A stretch of DNA of 64,000 bases from assembly GCA_943358395.1 (NCBI GenBank), contig CALRGY010000001.1, forward strand, positions 8,008 through 72,007, written 5' to 3'. This DNA is from Candidatus Uhrbacteria bacterium (GTDB lineage: Bacteria > Patescibacteriota > Patescibacteriia > UBA9934). Of this stretch, positions 30,372-40,761 are shown piece by piece. Numbering within the stretch: position 1 is the stretch's first letter; each line of letters starts with the position of its first letter. Made by a program: the position numbers and the translations under genes. Under the pieces are notes generated by a model that was given only the letters and a program-made list of their open reading frames with translations, was not told where the DNA came from and ran no database searches.

Positions 30372-31163
30372 ATGATCGTTTTTGCTGGAATTGTGCCATG
30401 CTCACCGCTACTTCTTCCATCGGTAAACCCCGAACGAGTTGGGCTACTTGAAAAAACGCGCAACGCCATGCGTGAACTGTCTGAAGAGCTTTTCGCTGCG
30501 CATCCCGACACCATCGTGCTCTTTTGTGAACACACGCAATCCCCTGCAGACGCATTCGCCATGAATGTTGCAGACCCATATACCGCAAGCCTCGCAGCGT
30601 TTGGAGACTTAGGCTACACGCAAACATATCACCCGGATTTCATGCTTGCAGACAAAGCTCAACGCGATCTGCGTGGCGGCGGCGTTCCTATCACAATGAT
30701 CACAGAAGACGCACTTCCCTTTGGGGCAACCGTTCCCCTGGAATTCCTTCGCGAGCATCTTCCTTCGGCTCGCATTGTACCGATCGCGCCATGTGGATTA
30801 TCCGCGAAAGAACATTTCGACTTTGGCGCAGCGTTGAACAACACGTTAGTAGAAAGCCCGAAACGCATCGCCATTATTGCAGCAGGAGATTGCTCTCACA
30901 CCCGCTCAACCGAGGCTCCCGACGGGCTCCATGCAGAAGGAAAACAATCGGACGATCTGCTCGAAACACTCATTGCCCAAAAAAATACCGCAGGGCTTTT
31001 GCAGTTCGACGCCACACTTTTGCATGAAGGAAAAGACGGAGCATACCGTCAAATCGTTATGCTCTTCGGCGCATTGGATGGATCACCCGTCGAAGCACGC
31101 ATCCTTTCTCACGAAGCGCCACTCGGAATCGGTCAGATCGTTGCCGAGCTCATTCTCCGATAA
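30372..31163 (+). CDS. LigB/MEMO-fold protein
   Basis: PDTIVL, GATVPL, IIAAGDCSH, EAPLGIG; several metal ligands appear substituted. Confidence 0.75.
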   Translation: MIVFAGIVPCSPLLLPSVNPERVGLLEKTRNAMRELSEELFAAHPDTIVLFCEHTQSPADAFAMNVADPYTASLAAFGDLGYTQTYHPDFMLADKAQRDLRGGGVPITMITEDALPFGATVPLEFLREHLPSARIVPIAPCGLSAKEHFDFGAALNNTLVESPKRIAIIAAGDCSHTRSTEAPDGLHAEGKQSDDLLETLIAQKNTAGLLQFDATLLHEGKDGAYRQIVMLFGALDGSPVEARILSHEAPLGIGQIVAELILR

Positions 31164-31169
31164 TCCACT

Positions 31170-32918
31170 GTGTTCGCTCACGTCTATCCCCTCATAAAGC
31201 TCCCCCGCCGTTTTGGGGTATTCGATTATCGCATCCCAGAACATCTTGTCGTGCAGGTTGGCGACGTCATTCAGATTCCTTTTCGCCATCGGACGATTCT
31301 GGGCGTTGTGAAATCGATCACTGCATCATCGAACGAGCCACGAATTCTCGAGATCGCATCAGGTTCGATCGGCTTCAGCATGCCAGACATCGATCTCAAG
31401 CGCATAGAGTCCATCGCATCAGGGCTCGGGCAATCCGTCTCATCGATTCTTGCCGTTGCCTACGAAGGCCTCAGCCCCTTCCCCGCATCGGCAGAATCTT
31501 TGCATCGGCAGACCAATACCGCAACGTCATCACCAAGGATCGATAAAGAAACAATCACCACAGTGCACCATCTCCTCGAACGGCTCAAAATCGATCGCAT
31601 GATGAATGTGATGTGTGACGACGAGACATTCTGCGTGCTTGCACATGCACTGTGTAAAACAATCACCGATCAGATCCTCATTATTGTTCCCAGGGAACGT
31701 GATGCGCGAATCATTGCAAACATCCTCACCTCATTCTCCCCAATGATTCTGACGGGGAAAGTACCCCCCCGCGATCGAAATCGCATCATCCGATCCTGGA
31801 GCAAAGGCTCAATTCGATTCCTCATCAGCACACGGCAAGGAGCATTGATCACGCCCCAATCCCTGGGCGCCGTTCTCGTCTACCAATCCGGGTGCAGCGA
31901 TCATCACAGCCCTCTTCGCAACCCTCACATTCATGCCGTACGCGCCGCAGAAGCATTAGCAACATCAGCAGAATCAATCTGTATTCTTGCGGATGCTCTT
32001 CCGCCACCACACGCATCACTGCCACTGTGCGCTCATCACGATGGGGCAAACGTGCAGATCATCGACGTCATGCACAAAGGCGAACGCTCGCCATATCCCC
32101 TCATCAGTACTACGCTCCTTACCGCAATCGAAACCGCCCTCTCCGATCATCGGAAAGTGCTTCTCTCGTTTAATCGTAAGGGCGTGGCAAAGCGCATAGA
32201 ATGCAAAGCGTGTGGCCACGTTCCCTTTTGCGGAACGTGTGGCAGCTTACCAGTGGTACGCATCGATGATTTGCTCTGTGCAGCATGCGGAACGGAAATG
32301 TGGAAGCCAACAACGTGCCCAGCATGTGGCTCTCCAAAAATCGGATTAAAGTCCATTGGCGGCGCCAAAATCGCTGATGATCTCAAGAAAGCATTTCCTT
32401 ATGCAATCATCGGACATATTGAAAAAGGACGTATCGACCGCACTGCCGACATTCTCCTAGCAACAGAATATTTCTTTTCCAGCGTCATCGAACCTTTTGC
32501 TCCATGGGGGTTTGGCGTGGTAGCAGAAATTCTTGGCGACCTTGCATTTACCCCGGGCGACTATCGCGGCGCCGAAAACGCCGCCCGCCAGATTGCCCGC
32601 CTGCGCAACTATGCCAAACACGAAGGCGCGGAATGCATTATTCAAACGCTCACTCGTGACCGCATGCAATCACTCCTTGGCGCCGAATACGTCAACGCCA
32701 CAGAGCTCAACACACGAAAAACGTATTCCCTCCCACCATTTGGCGTCATCATCGAATTTGAAGGGGGCACAAAAGCGGATTTCCCCCAAGAAATCGCATC
32801 ACAAATCATAGAAAAGGACGGTCTTTTCATCGCAAAAATTGATCATCTTCTCTTTACGCATTGGCAAACCCTCTTCCCGATCATCCCGGATTCGATTAAA
32901 ATACGGATATACGAATAA
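31170..32918 (+). CDS. priA: Primosomal protein N' (degenerate helicase motifs)
   Basis: FDYRIP N-domain, FNRKG, four CxxC motifs, LPPFG; no Walker A or DEEH. Confidence 0.8.
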   Translation: MFAHVYPLIKLPRRFGVFDYRIPEHLVVQVGDVIQIPFRHRTILGVVKSITASSNEPRILEIASGSIGFSMPDIDLKRIESIASGLGQSVSSILAVAYEGLSPFPASAESLHRQTNTATSSPRIDKETITTVHHLLERLKIDRMMNVMCDDETFCVLAHALCKTITDQILIIVPRERDARIIANILTSFSPMILTGKVPPRDRNRIIRSWSKGSIRFLISTRQGALITPQSLGAVLVYQSGCSDHHSPLRNPHIHAVRAAEALATSAESICILADALPPPHASLPLCAHHDGANVQIIDVMHKGERSPYPLISTTLLTAIETALSDHRKVLLSFNRKGVAKRIECKACGHVPFCGTCGSLPVVRIDDLLCAACGTEMWKPTTCPACGSPKIGLKSIGGAKIADDLKKAFPYAIIGHIEKGRIDRTADILLATEYFFSSVIEPFAPWGFGVVAEILGDLAFTPGDYRGAENAARQIARLRNYAKHEGAECIIQTLTRDRMQSLLGAEYVNATELNTRKTYSLPPFGVIIEFEGGTKADFPQEIASQIIEKDGLFIAKIDHLLFTHWQTLFPIIPDSIKIRIYE

Positions 32919-32936
32919 ATCGAGTTCATAAAGCAT

Positions 32937-33078
32937 TGTTGGACTTGGCGACTCGGGTGCATGTTTTTCCGCTGTGCTCAAGGACGCCACGCTGCGACGT
33001 CTCGCTATCGCTCGACTGCAGCTGGGCATCCGGTGAGCTCGCTGCAAAACATGCACCCTCGTCCCCTAACGTCCAACA
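32937..33078. repeat. 142-bp long imperfect hairpin
   Basis: TGTTGGAC/GTCCAACA, GGGTGCATGTTTT/AAAACATGCACCC, GCTCA/TGAGC, GCTGC/GCAGC. Confidence 0.75.
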
Positions 33079-33085
33079 CAGATAT

Positions 33086-33556
33086 ATGCCAAGACCCGTT
33101 CTCCATAACCCAGATCCAAAGCTTCGTATCAAAAGCGAACCGGTTTCGGCTGAACGCATCAATACGCCGGAAATGACGTTGCTCATTCAAGAGCTCAAAG
33201 AAACGATGGTAAAAGAAAACGGGGTAGGAATTGCTGCGCCGCAAATTGGAGTACACGATCGAGTCATCATCGCCGAAATCGATGACGTTGCTACGGCATT
33301 CATCAATCCCGTTATTACGGAGCGATCGTTCCGAAAGATTGATAGTGAGGAGGGTTGCTTATCTGTGCCAGGAACCTGGGGCGTCGTAGAACGCTGCCGT
33401 TCGGTTACCGTAACGGCACTCAATGAATCTGGCGAGCCGGTGACAATTAAAGCTCAAGGATTTGATGCGACGATTTTTCAGCATGAAATTGATCACTTGG
33501 ACGGTATTCTTTTCATCGACCGTGCAGAAGATATTCAAAAAGCATCGCGCCTCTAA
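33086..33556 (+). CDS. def: Peptide deformylase
   Basis: GVGIAAPQIG, EGCLS, QHEIDHLDG. Confidence 0.96.
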   Translation: MPRPVLHNPDPKLRIKSEPVSAERINTPEMTLLIQELKETMVKENGVGIAAPQIGVHDRVIIAEIDDVATAFINPVITERSFRKIDSEEGCLSVPGTWGVVERCRSVTVTALNESGEPVTIKAQGFDATIFQHEIDHLDGILFIDRAEDIQKASRL

Positions 33557-33559
33557 ACT

Positions 33560-34483
33560 ATGCGCGTTCTTTTTTTTGGTACTCCAACCCTTGCCTGCGC
33601 CATTCTTGAAGCCCTCATCGCCGATCATGACATCGACGTCGTTGGCGTGGTGTGCCAGCCCGATGAGCCCGTTGGACGAAAAGCGATTCTTACCGCTCCA
33701 CCCACAAAGCACGTTGCGATGACTCATGGAATTCCCGTGTTCCAACCAATAAAACTGAAAGACGAATCTTTTCTTGCCGCCATCGACTCCCTTCACGCTG
33801 ATGTCGCTGTCGTACTGGCATACGGCAGAATTCTGCCGTCGGCACTCCTTAATCGTATCCCTCACGGCTTCGTGAATGTTCACCCATCATTACTACCCAA
33901 ATATCGTGGTCCCTCTCCAATTCAATCGGCGATTCTTGCTGGGGATTCCGTCACTGGAGTTTCGATTATGGTACTCGACACCGGAATGGACACCGGCGCA
34001 CTCCTTACACAATCAGTGATCGACATCGCTTCAGACGAGACATCAGAAACACTCACAGAAAAAGTGATCGATGTAAGCGCTCCCCTCCTGATCACAACGC
34101 TCAAAGGATTCTTCGCAGGATCGATCACGCCGATTCCCCAAAGCACCGAAGGCGTTTCGGTCTGCAACATGCTTTCTCGCGAGGATGGGAAAATATCGTG
34201 GAATGAATCTGTGCACGTCATTGATCGAAAGATTCGTGCATTGAATCCTTGGCCGGGTACGTCAACAACGTGGATTATCGGAGAGAAAGAAATCGGAGTG
34301 AAGATTCTGAAGGTGGCATTGATGGAGGGATCGAGGGGGGCTCACATCGGAATCCCTCGATTCGAATCTGGGGTACTACTCATCGACGCTGCCGATGGGA
34401 CACTGGAGATTCTGGAGCTTCAACCCGCTGGAGGAAACCGAATGAACGGAAGCAGTTTTGCGCGCGGGTATTTGAAATCGTAA
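33560..34483 (+). CDS. fmt: Methionyl-tRNA formyltransferase
   Basis: FFGTP, NVHPSLLPKYRGPSP, RALNPWP. Confidence 0.96.
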   Translation: MRVLFFGTPTLACAILEALIADHDIDVVGVVCQPDEPVGRKAILTAPPTKHVAMTHGIPVFQPIKLKDESFLAAIDSLHADVAVVLAYGRILPSALLNRIPHGFVNVHPSLLPKYRGPSPIQSAILAGDSVTGVSIMVLDTGMDTGALLTQSVIDIASDETSETLTEKVIDVSAPLLITTLKGFFAGSITPIPQSTEGVSVCNMLSREDGKISWNESVHVIDRKIRALNPWPGTSTTWIIGEKEIGVKILKVALMEGSRGAHIGIPRFESGVLLIDAADGTLEILELQPAGGNRMNGSSFARGYLKS

Positions 34484-36013
34484 AATATTCTCCGATGCCA
34501 CTGCAGTCAACGGTTCCTGCTTCCATGGGAAAAACGGAAGCACAAACACCATGAACCCTAATCCGATCGGGTGATTCAAATACGGGGAAAACACGTGCGC
34601 CACAAAAAGCGCAAGAACACCACAGGCTAAACCAATCGAAAGCCAGCGCGTTTCTTCTTGTGCAATAATAGATCGGCGCCCAGCACGGAAGATGGTGAAG
34701 AAATAAAAGCCAAAGGCAAGAAGACCGGGAATCCCCATCTTGAGCCAAATGTCTTGATAGCCCCATTCAAATCGATACGTGGTGTATTCGCCGGTGCCAT
34801 TCATTGCCCGAATACGAGGGTCGTCCGAAATATACGTCACCGGTGTGCCAAACCCGCTTCCCCATAACGGATTTTCGCCAATCTTTTCCATCATTGGTGG
34901 AAGCAAATTCCATCGGCTCGATACCGCAAGCTCCCGCGTATCGTCATTCTTTCCTTTATAATATTGGCTACCCGTGAGATCTGGTCGTGAAGGAATTGGA
35001 AAAACAACGAGCGCCCATACTCCAAGAAGGGCAATGCCCAATGCAACAATTCCTGTTACCTTTAAACGAATAATTTCTTTCACCGATGTTCTTTGCCAAA
35101 GCGTTACTATCGCCATCACTCCTCCTGCCGCAATCAATCCCAACCAAAAGCTTCTTGACTGCCCAGACACATCAACCGCAAGCATCAACGCCAAGGGCAA
35201 GAGCAACGACGCACGCTCTTTCCACGTCTTTGCAACAAAAATCATGGCAGCCATTATCACCAGCGTAAAAATCATCACCGTAAACTGCCCCTGTTCAAAC
35301 ACACGGAAATACCATGGACCATTCGGGAAAAGATTCATCAGCCATTCCGGATTCGAAAGAATAGTCACCTCCGCTAATCGGGCATCGCGCACAAAGCCAT
35401 ACAATGCCCAAATGCCTTCCACGGGAAGATGCGTAAAAAGAAATACAAGGAAAAGAGAGGAACCAGCAACCCACGTTGCCCCAAGAGCAAGCGTCCAGAT
35501 CAGGACACGTTTCGCTTCTTGCGTCCATACAATCATGGCAACAGGAAGAAGATACGCCAACGTTGCATACCCGTTCATGTCGTCAAACGCCGCACTCATG
35601 CTGTTTCGCGCAAAGCCAGTAATTGTTCCTAATGCAATCGCGATCAAAAGCACAACAAACGGAAGATCACGTTCCTGAAGAAACCGGGGGCGCACATGGT
35701 GAACAACGATGTGATACACCGTGCCCAGCATCACTGCTACAAAAATTCCCTGCCGAATACCTAAAGCAAACCCACCAAGCGATACATCAATACAATGACC
35801 ATGGCCGCCAATGAATATCTCAAGCATCGCAAATGCCAATCCCCACACCAACGATCGCCGTGTCACGATGAATGCAGCAAGAACGATCGCGAAAAATGGA
35901 ATTGCGCTCCAGACGGTATGTTGCGTAAGCCATGCAACAATGTGAAGGGAAAGAATCCCCCCAAGACCATACAGCGTATTGCGATCAAAGAATTGTTTGA
36001 GGACTGGAATCAT
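34376..36013 (-). CDS. O-antigen ligase/polymerase-family membrane protein
   Basis: Multi-TM, SQSRSFW-like motif, ENPLWGSGFG; within glycosylation operon. Confidence 0.75.
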   Translation of the reverse strand: MIPVLKQFFDRNTLYGLGGILSLHIVAWLTQHTVWSAIPFFAIVLAAFIVTRRSLVWGLAFAMLEIFIGGHGHCIDVSLGGFALGIRQGIFVAVMLGTVYHIVVHHVRPRFLQERDLPFVVLLIAIALGTITGFARNSMSAAFDDMNGYATLAYLLPVAMIVWTQEAKRVLIWTLALGATWVAGSSLFLVFLFTHLPVEGIWALYGFVRDARLAEVTILSNPEWLMNLFPNGPWYFRVFEQGQFTVMIFTLVIMAAMIFVAKTWKERASLLLPLALMLAVDVSGQSRSFWLGLIAAGGVMAIVTLWQRTSVKEIIRLKVTGIVALGIALLGVWALVVFPIPSRPDLTGSQYYKGKNDDTRELAVSSRWNLLPPMMEKIGENPLWGSGFGTPVTYISDDPRIRAMNGTGEYTTYRFEWGYQDIWLKMGIPGLLAFGFYFFTIFRAGRRSIIAQEETRWLSIGLACGVLALFVAHVFSPYLNHPIGLGFMVFVLPFFPWKQEPLTAVASENILRFQIPARKTASVHSVSSSGLKLQNLQCPIGSVDE

Positions 36014-36016
36014 ATT

Positions 36017-37735
36017 TTATAATCGATGTTTCTTCATAATCACTTCCCGTGCCGCTTCATATTTTGCTACACGCTTGGGCTTCCATCCCACATATTTCCA
36101 GGGCAAGCGATACACGAACGACGGCAGCCACGATGACCCAATTCGTGATTCCCCATCGATCAGCACACGGCACCACACGCCGGGAACCAATACACCGATG
36201 TGCTGCTGCTCAAGCATAGTGAGCCACACATCCCAATCTTGAAAACGTTTCATGTGAGGGTCGAAACCAGGGAAATCCTTTCGACGAACCAGAGATGTGG
36301 TGTGCACAAAATTCATCTGTCGTAATCGGTCAGCATGAAATGCAACACCACGAAATACTTTCCACCCAAATCGGAATCCTCCATAGGCATAGCTTGCCCG
36401 TGAATTACTGTTCAATTGCTGAACGAATCGTTCAATCATGCTTGGCTTCATCACCACATCTGCATCGCAAAACATCACAAACTCCCCTGTTGCCTCGGCA
36501 AGCCCTCGATTCCGTGCCGCATTCGCTCCAGCATTTTCTTGATGAATGGCTCGAATCTTCCCCGCAAATTCCTTCAACACTATCGCAGTATCATCAGTCG
36601 ACCCATCATCAACCACAATGATTTCGATTGGTGCGTATGTTTGATGCAGAATCGATGTGATGCATCGTCGAATCGTTTTCGCGTGCTGATACGTTGGGAT
36701 CACAATGGAAACACGTGATGATCCACGGAAAGCGCGCTCAGTGAATCCGGTCATTGTTTTCTCCCTCGTGAATTCCCTCATTACTCGTTCACGACCGTTT
36801 TTTCCCAATCGGTTGCGCAATGATGCATCGGTAGCGAGTGCAGTGATCGCATGCACAAGATCATGAAGCGTATCCTCGATAAGCAATCCTGTTTCTTCAT
36901 GAATCACCGCCTCATCAACTCCCGGTTGATTCGTTGCAATCACCGGAAGTCCAAACAACGCAGCCTCAATGGCAACAATCCCGAAACCCTCACGATCGGT
37001 ATCCAGTTTTGTTGACGGCATTAAAAAGATATCGTGTGTTGTATACATTTCTGGAAGCTTTCCATCAGAAACATGTTGAAGAACGGTAACCCGAGATTCG
37101 AGATCGAGCGCCGTGATCGCATCGAGAATCTCCTTCTTCATCGGTCCATCACCCACAATCGTGTACGTAGAATTCGGAATCTGCTTCATCGCCTCTACAA
37201 CTTTCATGTGCCCCTTCCGAGGAACAAGCCTGCCAACCGTCAACAATCGAATCACGTCCGGATTCGGAGCACGAACAAGAACATCAGCAGCCTCCACAAA
37301 CTCATCGGTCACACACGGGTACATGACGTTGCACGATCGATGAGAAAAAGTAGACACTTCATTAGCTAATGATCGTGAATTTGCAAAAACACGCCGCGCA
37401 AAGAAAAGAACGATTCTCATCGCGAAGCGTTTACGAGGCACCGATCGTGCTGCATCAAAATCTAATCCATGCAGGATCACATCGTACGGCTTCCCTGTCA
37501 TGCATCGAAACATACATGCCGCGGTACCAACCGGAAGCACATGGCTCGTCAACACCACATCATACTCTTTTCGACGAGACCAAAACTCTCTCATCATCTC
37601 CCGATATGACGGAAACGATTTCCAAAGCAACGGCTGAATCGATTCCGGGAATGTGGAAACAAGCGCAGAAAGATACCGCGCAACCCCTCCTCGCTTTGGC
37701 GGATAATCAGGTGTTGGAAGAAGGAATCGCTCCAT
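36017..37735 (-). CDS. Fused GT4 + GT2 glycosyltransferase
   Basis: DYPPKRGGV, VGRLVPRKG, EGFGIVAIEA (GT4); VSIVIPTY, VVDDGSTD, FCDAD (GT2). Confidence 0.9.
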   Translation of the reverse strand: MERFLLPTPDYPPKRGGVARYLSALVSTFPESIQPLLWKSFPSYREMMREFWSRRKEYDVVLTSHVLPVGTAACMFRCMTGKPYDVILHGLDFDAARSVPRKRFAMRIVLFFARRVFANSRSLANEVSTFSHRSCNVMYPCVTDEFVEAADVLVRAPNPDVIRLLTVGRLVPRKGHMKVVEAMKQIPNSTYTIVGDGPMKKEILDAITALDLESRVTVLQHVSDGKLPEMYTTHDIFLMPSTKLDTDREGFGIVAIEAALFGLPVIATNQPGVDEAVIHEETGLLIEDTLHDLVHAITALATDASLRNRLGKNGRERVMREFTREKTMTGFTERAFRGSSRVSIVIPTYQHAKTIRRCITSILHQTYAPIEIIVVDDGSTDDTAIVLKEFAGKIRAIHQENAGANAARNRGLAEATGEFVMFCDADVVMKPSMIERFVQQLNSNSRASYAYGGFRFGWKVFRGVAFHADRLRQMNFVHTTSLVRRKDFPGFDPHMKRFQDWDVWLTMLEQQHIGVLVPGVWCRVLIDGESRIGSSWLPSFVYRLPWKYVGWKPKRVAKYEAAREVIMKKHRL

Positions 37736-39164
37736 ACGTTTTTCGTTGCATCAATGCTTTTGCCTGAACCCAGTGGCTTTTTGTAAGCGATCGCGTCCCA
37801 ATCGACGTTCCAATAAAGATCATCGCCCCAATGGGAATCGTTATCATCCACGGCATCATCTGCTTCAACACAAGAACCACAATCATCATAGTAAAACCAG
37901 CACAAATAAATCCGCCAACTGCTCGCATCCACTCGTTCACCGTCACGTGGATGGTAGAACGCAATGCCCATACGCCCATACCGAACATCGCCACAAAACT
38001 TATTATCGCCGAAACACTTGCTCCAGGAATGCTCATCCACGGAATAAGCACCATATTTGCAGCAACATTGATGATCATCGTCATGCCCATGATTTTTGTT
38101 TTCGTCATTTGACGACCTGTTGCATTGAGCAATGCACCGATCGGGAAATCACAAAAAATTGGGAGCAATACAAAAATGAGAAGCATTAAGGAAAGAATCG
38201 AAGCGCCATAGTCGTTTCCATACACCGTCTGCACAATTTCTGGCGCAAGGGCAGCAATACCGAACACGATGGGCGAAGCTAAGAGTGCAAGATACCATTG
38301 TGCATGAAGGAAAACGCTCTTGAGCTCATCGGGATTTTTCGCAAGAAGAGACATCCGCGGATACAGCGCACCAATAAAGGCGAGTGGCAAGAATTGAAAC
38401 GCGTATGTCAGCTTATACGCAACGCTATACAAGCCAACCGCAGCATCACCGATTACTGTCTTCAATGTAAACGAATCAACGTACGAGTAAATCTTCACAA
38501 AGACCGCAGCAAGGAAAAACGGGAATGCTGCAGCGAGCACTGGTCGAGCATTTTGCATGCTCGGAACCAACGATCGTACGCCAAGGCGACGAACAACCTG
38601 CACGCCCGAGAAAATCGCGTTCCAAATACTTCCAGTCACAAGTGCGAGAATCAGAAGCGCGATCGATTTCATCGGCGAGAAGATGACGATGATCCCGACA
38701 ATGCTCGAGAGCGATTGACCGACAAAGATACCGAACGATTCATATCGCAATTCCTCCATCCCACGCAGCACACCATAGAATGTTAACGACAACGAATCCG
38801 CAATCATGATGGGAATCGCGAGCCAGATAAGAACGATATTCGATGAATCGAATCCGAGCACCGCTGGAAACGCCGCAGCAATGCCGATTGCGAGCAGGAT
38901 CGCGATCCACTTCACACCAAGGGTTTTCTGCAAAATCGATCGTGCTTCAGATCGATTCGCGGCCACGTCACGAATAAGCACCGATGTCACGCCAAGATCA
39001 GCGAACACCGCAACAGATGTAATGACAGCAAGGGTAAGAAAGTACACACCCGTATCTTCCACACCAAGAAATCGCGCCAAAATGGCAAAATATACAAACG
39101 CCACCACCTTCTGGAGAATGCTCGCGCCCGTCAAAAAAACAGTATTTTTCACAAGTGTCGACAT
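37707..39164 (-). CDS. Wzx-type polysaccharide flippase
   Basis: ARFLGVEDTG, ADLG, VGLYSVAYKL; multi-TM. Confidence 0.88.
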   Translation of the reverse strand: MSTLVKNTVFLTGASILQKVVAFVYFAILARFLGVEDTGVYFLTLAVITSVAVFADLGVTSVLIRDVAANRSEARSILQKTLGVKWIAILLAIGIAAAFPAVLGFDSSNIVLIWLAIPIMIADSLSLTFYGVLRGMEELRYESFGIFVGQSLSSIVGIIVIFSPMKSIALLILALVTGSIWNAIFSGVQVVRRLGVRSLVPSMQNARPVLAAAFPFFLAAVFVKIYSYVDSFTLKTVIGDAAVGLYSVAYKLTYAFQFLPLAFIGALYPRMSLLAKNPDELKSVFLHAQWYLALLASPIVFGIAALAPEIVQTVYGNDYGASILSLMLLIFVLLPIFCDFPIGALLNATGRQMTKTKIMGMTMIINVAANMVLIPWMSIPGASVSAIISFVAMFGMGVWALRSTIHVTVNEWMRAVGGFICAGFTMMIVVLVLKQMMPWMITIPIGAMIFIGTSIGTRSLTKSHWVQAKALMQRKTYGAIPSSNT

Positions 39165-39275
39165 GGCACTATATTACGCTCTTTTTTCTACAGATACAAC
39201 GTCTTTCCAACCCAAAAGTATTGATTTCTTGGCTAATATATGCTATTATTTCCGGTTCACTTTCTTCACCGTCGT

Positions 39276-39386
39276 ATGACCAATCTCCAACCAAGCCTCG
39301 ATTATCGTATTGCCGCCGGTATAACCAAAATCCTCGTCGCACTGCTTTTAGCATTGAACATTGCCTCAGTAATCCCTGCCCGATAA
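39276..39386 (+). CDS. 36-aa single-TM small protein
   Basis: MTNLQPSLDYRIAAGITKILVALLLALNIASVIPAR*; promoter TTGATT(39221)-N17-TATTAT with TG; terminator follows. Confidence 0.5.
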   Translation: MTNLQPSLDYRIAAGITKILVALLLALNIASVIPAR

Positions 39387-39412
39387 GTGCCTGCCTGAAT
39401 CTGCCCTCATCG

Positions 39413-39446
39413 AATCACGATCCCGAATAAAGGATCGTGATTTTTT
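39413..39446 (+). terminator. Intrinsic terminator
   Basis: AATCACGATCC-loop-GGATCGTGATTTTTT. Confidence 0.75.
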
Positions 39447-39449
39447 ATG

Positions 39450-39574
39450 TAGGACTTTCTCATTTTAGGCTAGTTTCGATGAAGATCGAGGAAAATTCGT
39501 GAGACGTACTTCATGGTACGTTGAACGATTTTCTGATGATCTGAGTCGAAAATAGACAAAATGAGAACGTCCTA
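39450..39574 (+). mobile_element. HP125 copy 5
   Basis: TAGGACTTTCTC...GAGAACGTCCTA, 125 bp; nearly identical to copy 4. Confidence 0.85.
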
Positions 39575-40279
39575 TTATTGACGAATCAACCCCGGATGAT
39601 CCGGCATCAATTCAGCGATCATGCCTGACGCTTGGCGATACCATTCAGCAACGGCATCGACGTGGGACATGCCAGAAGATTCAAGCGACCGAAGAAGGGC
39701 AAATTTTCTCTCGAAAAGCTCGTGATGTTTTGCGAGGCGATCGGGGGATTCAAGAGCCCAAAGTGATCCTTGAATCTCAACCTGCTCTTTGCGATCGATA
39801 ATCGCTTCATCCAGATAGCGATTCACTGAAACATCAAAATCAATCGGCTCAACAGTAATTGAACCCGAACCATCAAAAACAGCGGCAGAAACACGTTGAA
39901 TCCGTTGATCCCGCGTTGCTTCACAAAAGATTGTAACCGATTCTCCGTCGTCTTCTCTATCGATGATCTCCTTAGCGAACATAAGATTCTCTAGCGTTGA
40001 AAGCGATCGATCTTCAAGCGTAATCAACCAATCCTTACATCGATTCCCCATCACGGAGCGATCGACGAGCTTCTGCATATACTCACCGATGACTGCTGCC
40101 TCGGTTCCCTCATACGGCGGTGCGCAATTCGTTGGGCCGCCACAAGGGATGATCAACGCCTTTTCACCTTTAGCAGAGGCATAGATGCGATTAAACGCGA
40201 CGTGAAGGTACGTAAGATAGTTCTGATCCCGCTCAATGAATTCTGGAATGCCGTAGCCGGGAATGATGAAAACCTTCAT
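39575..40279 (-). CDS. YdcF/DUF218-like protein
   Basis: IIPCGG, TEAAVI, LEDRSLSTLENL. Confidence 0.65.
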   Translation of the reverse strand: MKVFIIPGYGIPEFIERDQNYLTYLHVAFNRIYASAKGEKALIIPCGGPTNCAPPYEGTEAAVIGEYMQKLVDRSVMGNRCKDWLITLEDRSLSTLENLMFAKEIIDREDDGESVTIFCEATRDQRIQRVSAAVFDGSGSITVEPIDFDVSVNRYLDEAIIDRKEQVEIQGSLWALESPDRLAKHHELFERKFALLRSLESSGMSHVDAVAEWYRQASGMIAELMPDHPGLIRQ

Positions 40280-40761
40280 ACTTTTTTGATTTCGATCGCA
40301 CGCTGACGAATATGTTTTCCAATTATTCCCCAATGAATATACTCATCCCACTCTTCGAGATCGATCAGTGTAATCTTCGTAATAGAGCCAGCGGGATCGC
40401 TTACAAAATCACCTAAAGGCTCAACGATGCAACACGAACGCAATTGGATTATCGATGAACCATCTTCGGAAAAGATTTCTTGATAACCGATTGGAACGCG
40501 CATAACGATCGTCATATTCGATTCCTCTCGAACTTCACGAACCAATGCATCATTTATCAATTCCCCAGACTCTACGGTTCCGCCAGGAAGGCTCCACGCC
40601 TTTCTTCGTTCATCCCAACATATCACGATTTTTTCTCCTACAAAACAAACGCCATAATGCTGACGGATCTTTTCGTACGGCAATCCATCGAATGTATCGC
40701 AGTCGTGATACACGACGTGATATGGGACGTCACTCCACACGACATCTTCCTCCATCTTCAT
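40276..40761 (-). CDS. NUDIX hydrolase
   Basis: PGGTVESGELINDALVREVREES Nudix box. Confidence 0.9.
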   Translation of the reverse strand: MKMEEDVVWSDVPYHVVYHDCDTFDGLPYEKIRQHYGVCFVGEKIVICWDERRKAWSLPGGTVESGELINDALVREVREESNMTIVMRVPIGYQEIFSEDGSSIIQLRSCCIVEPLGDFVSDPAGSITKITLIDLEEWDEYIHWGIIGKHIRQRAIEIKKV

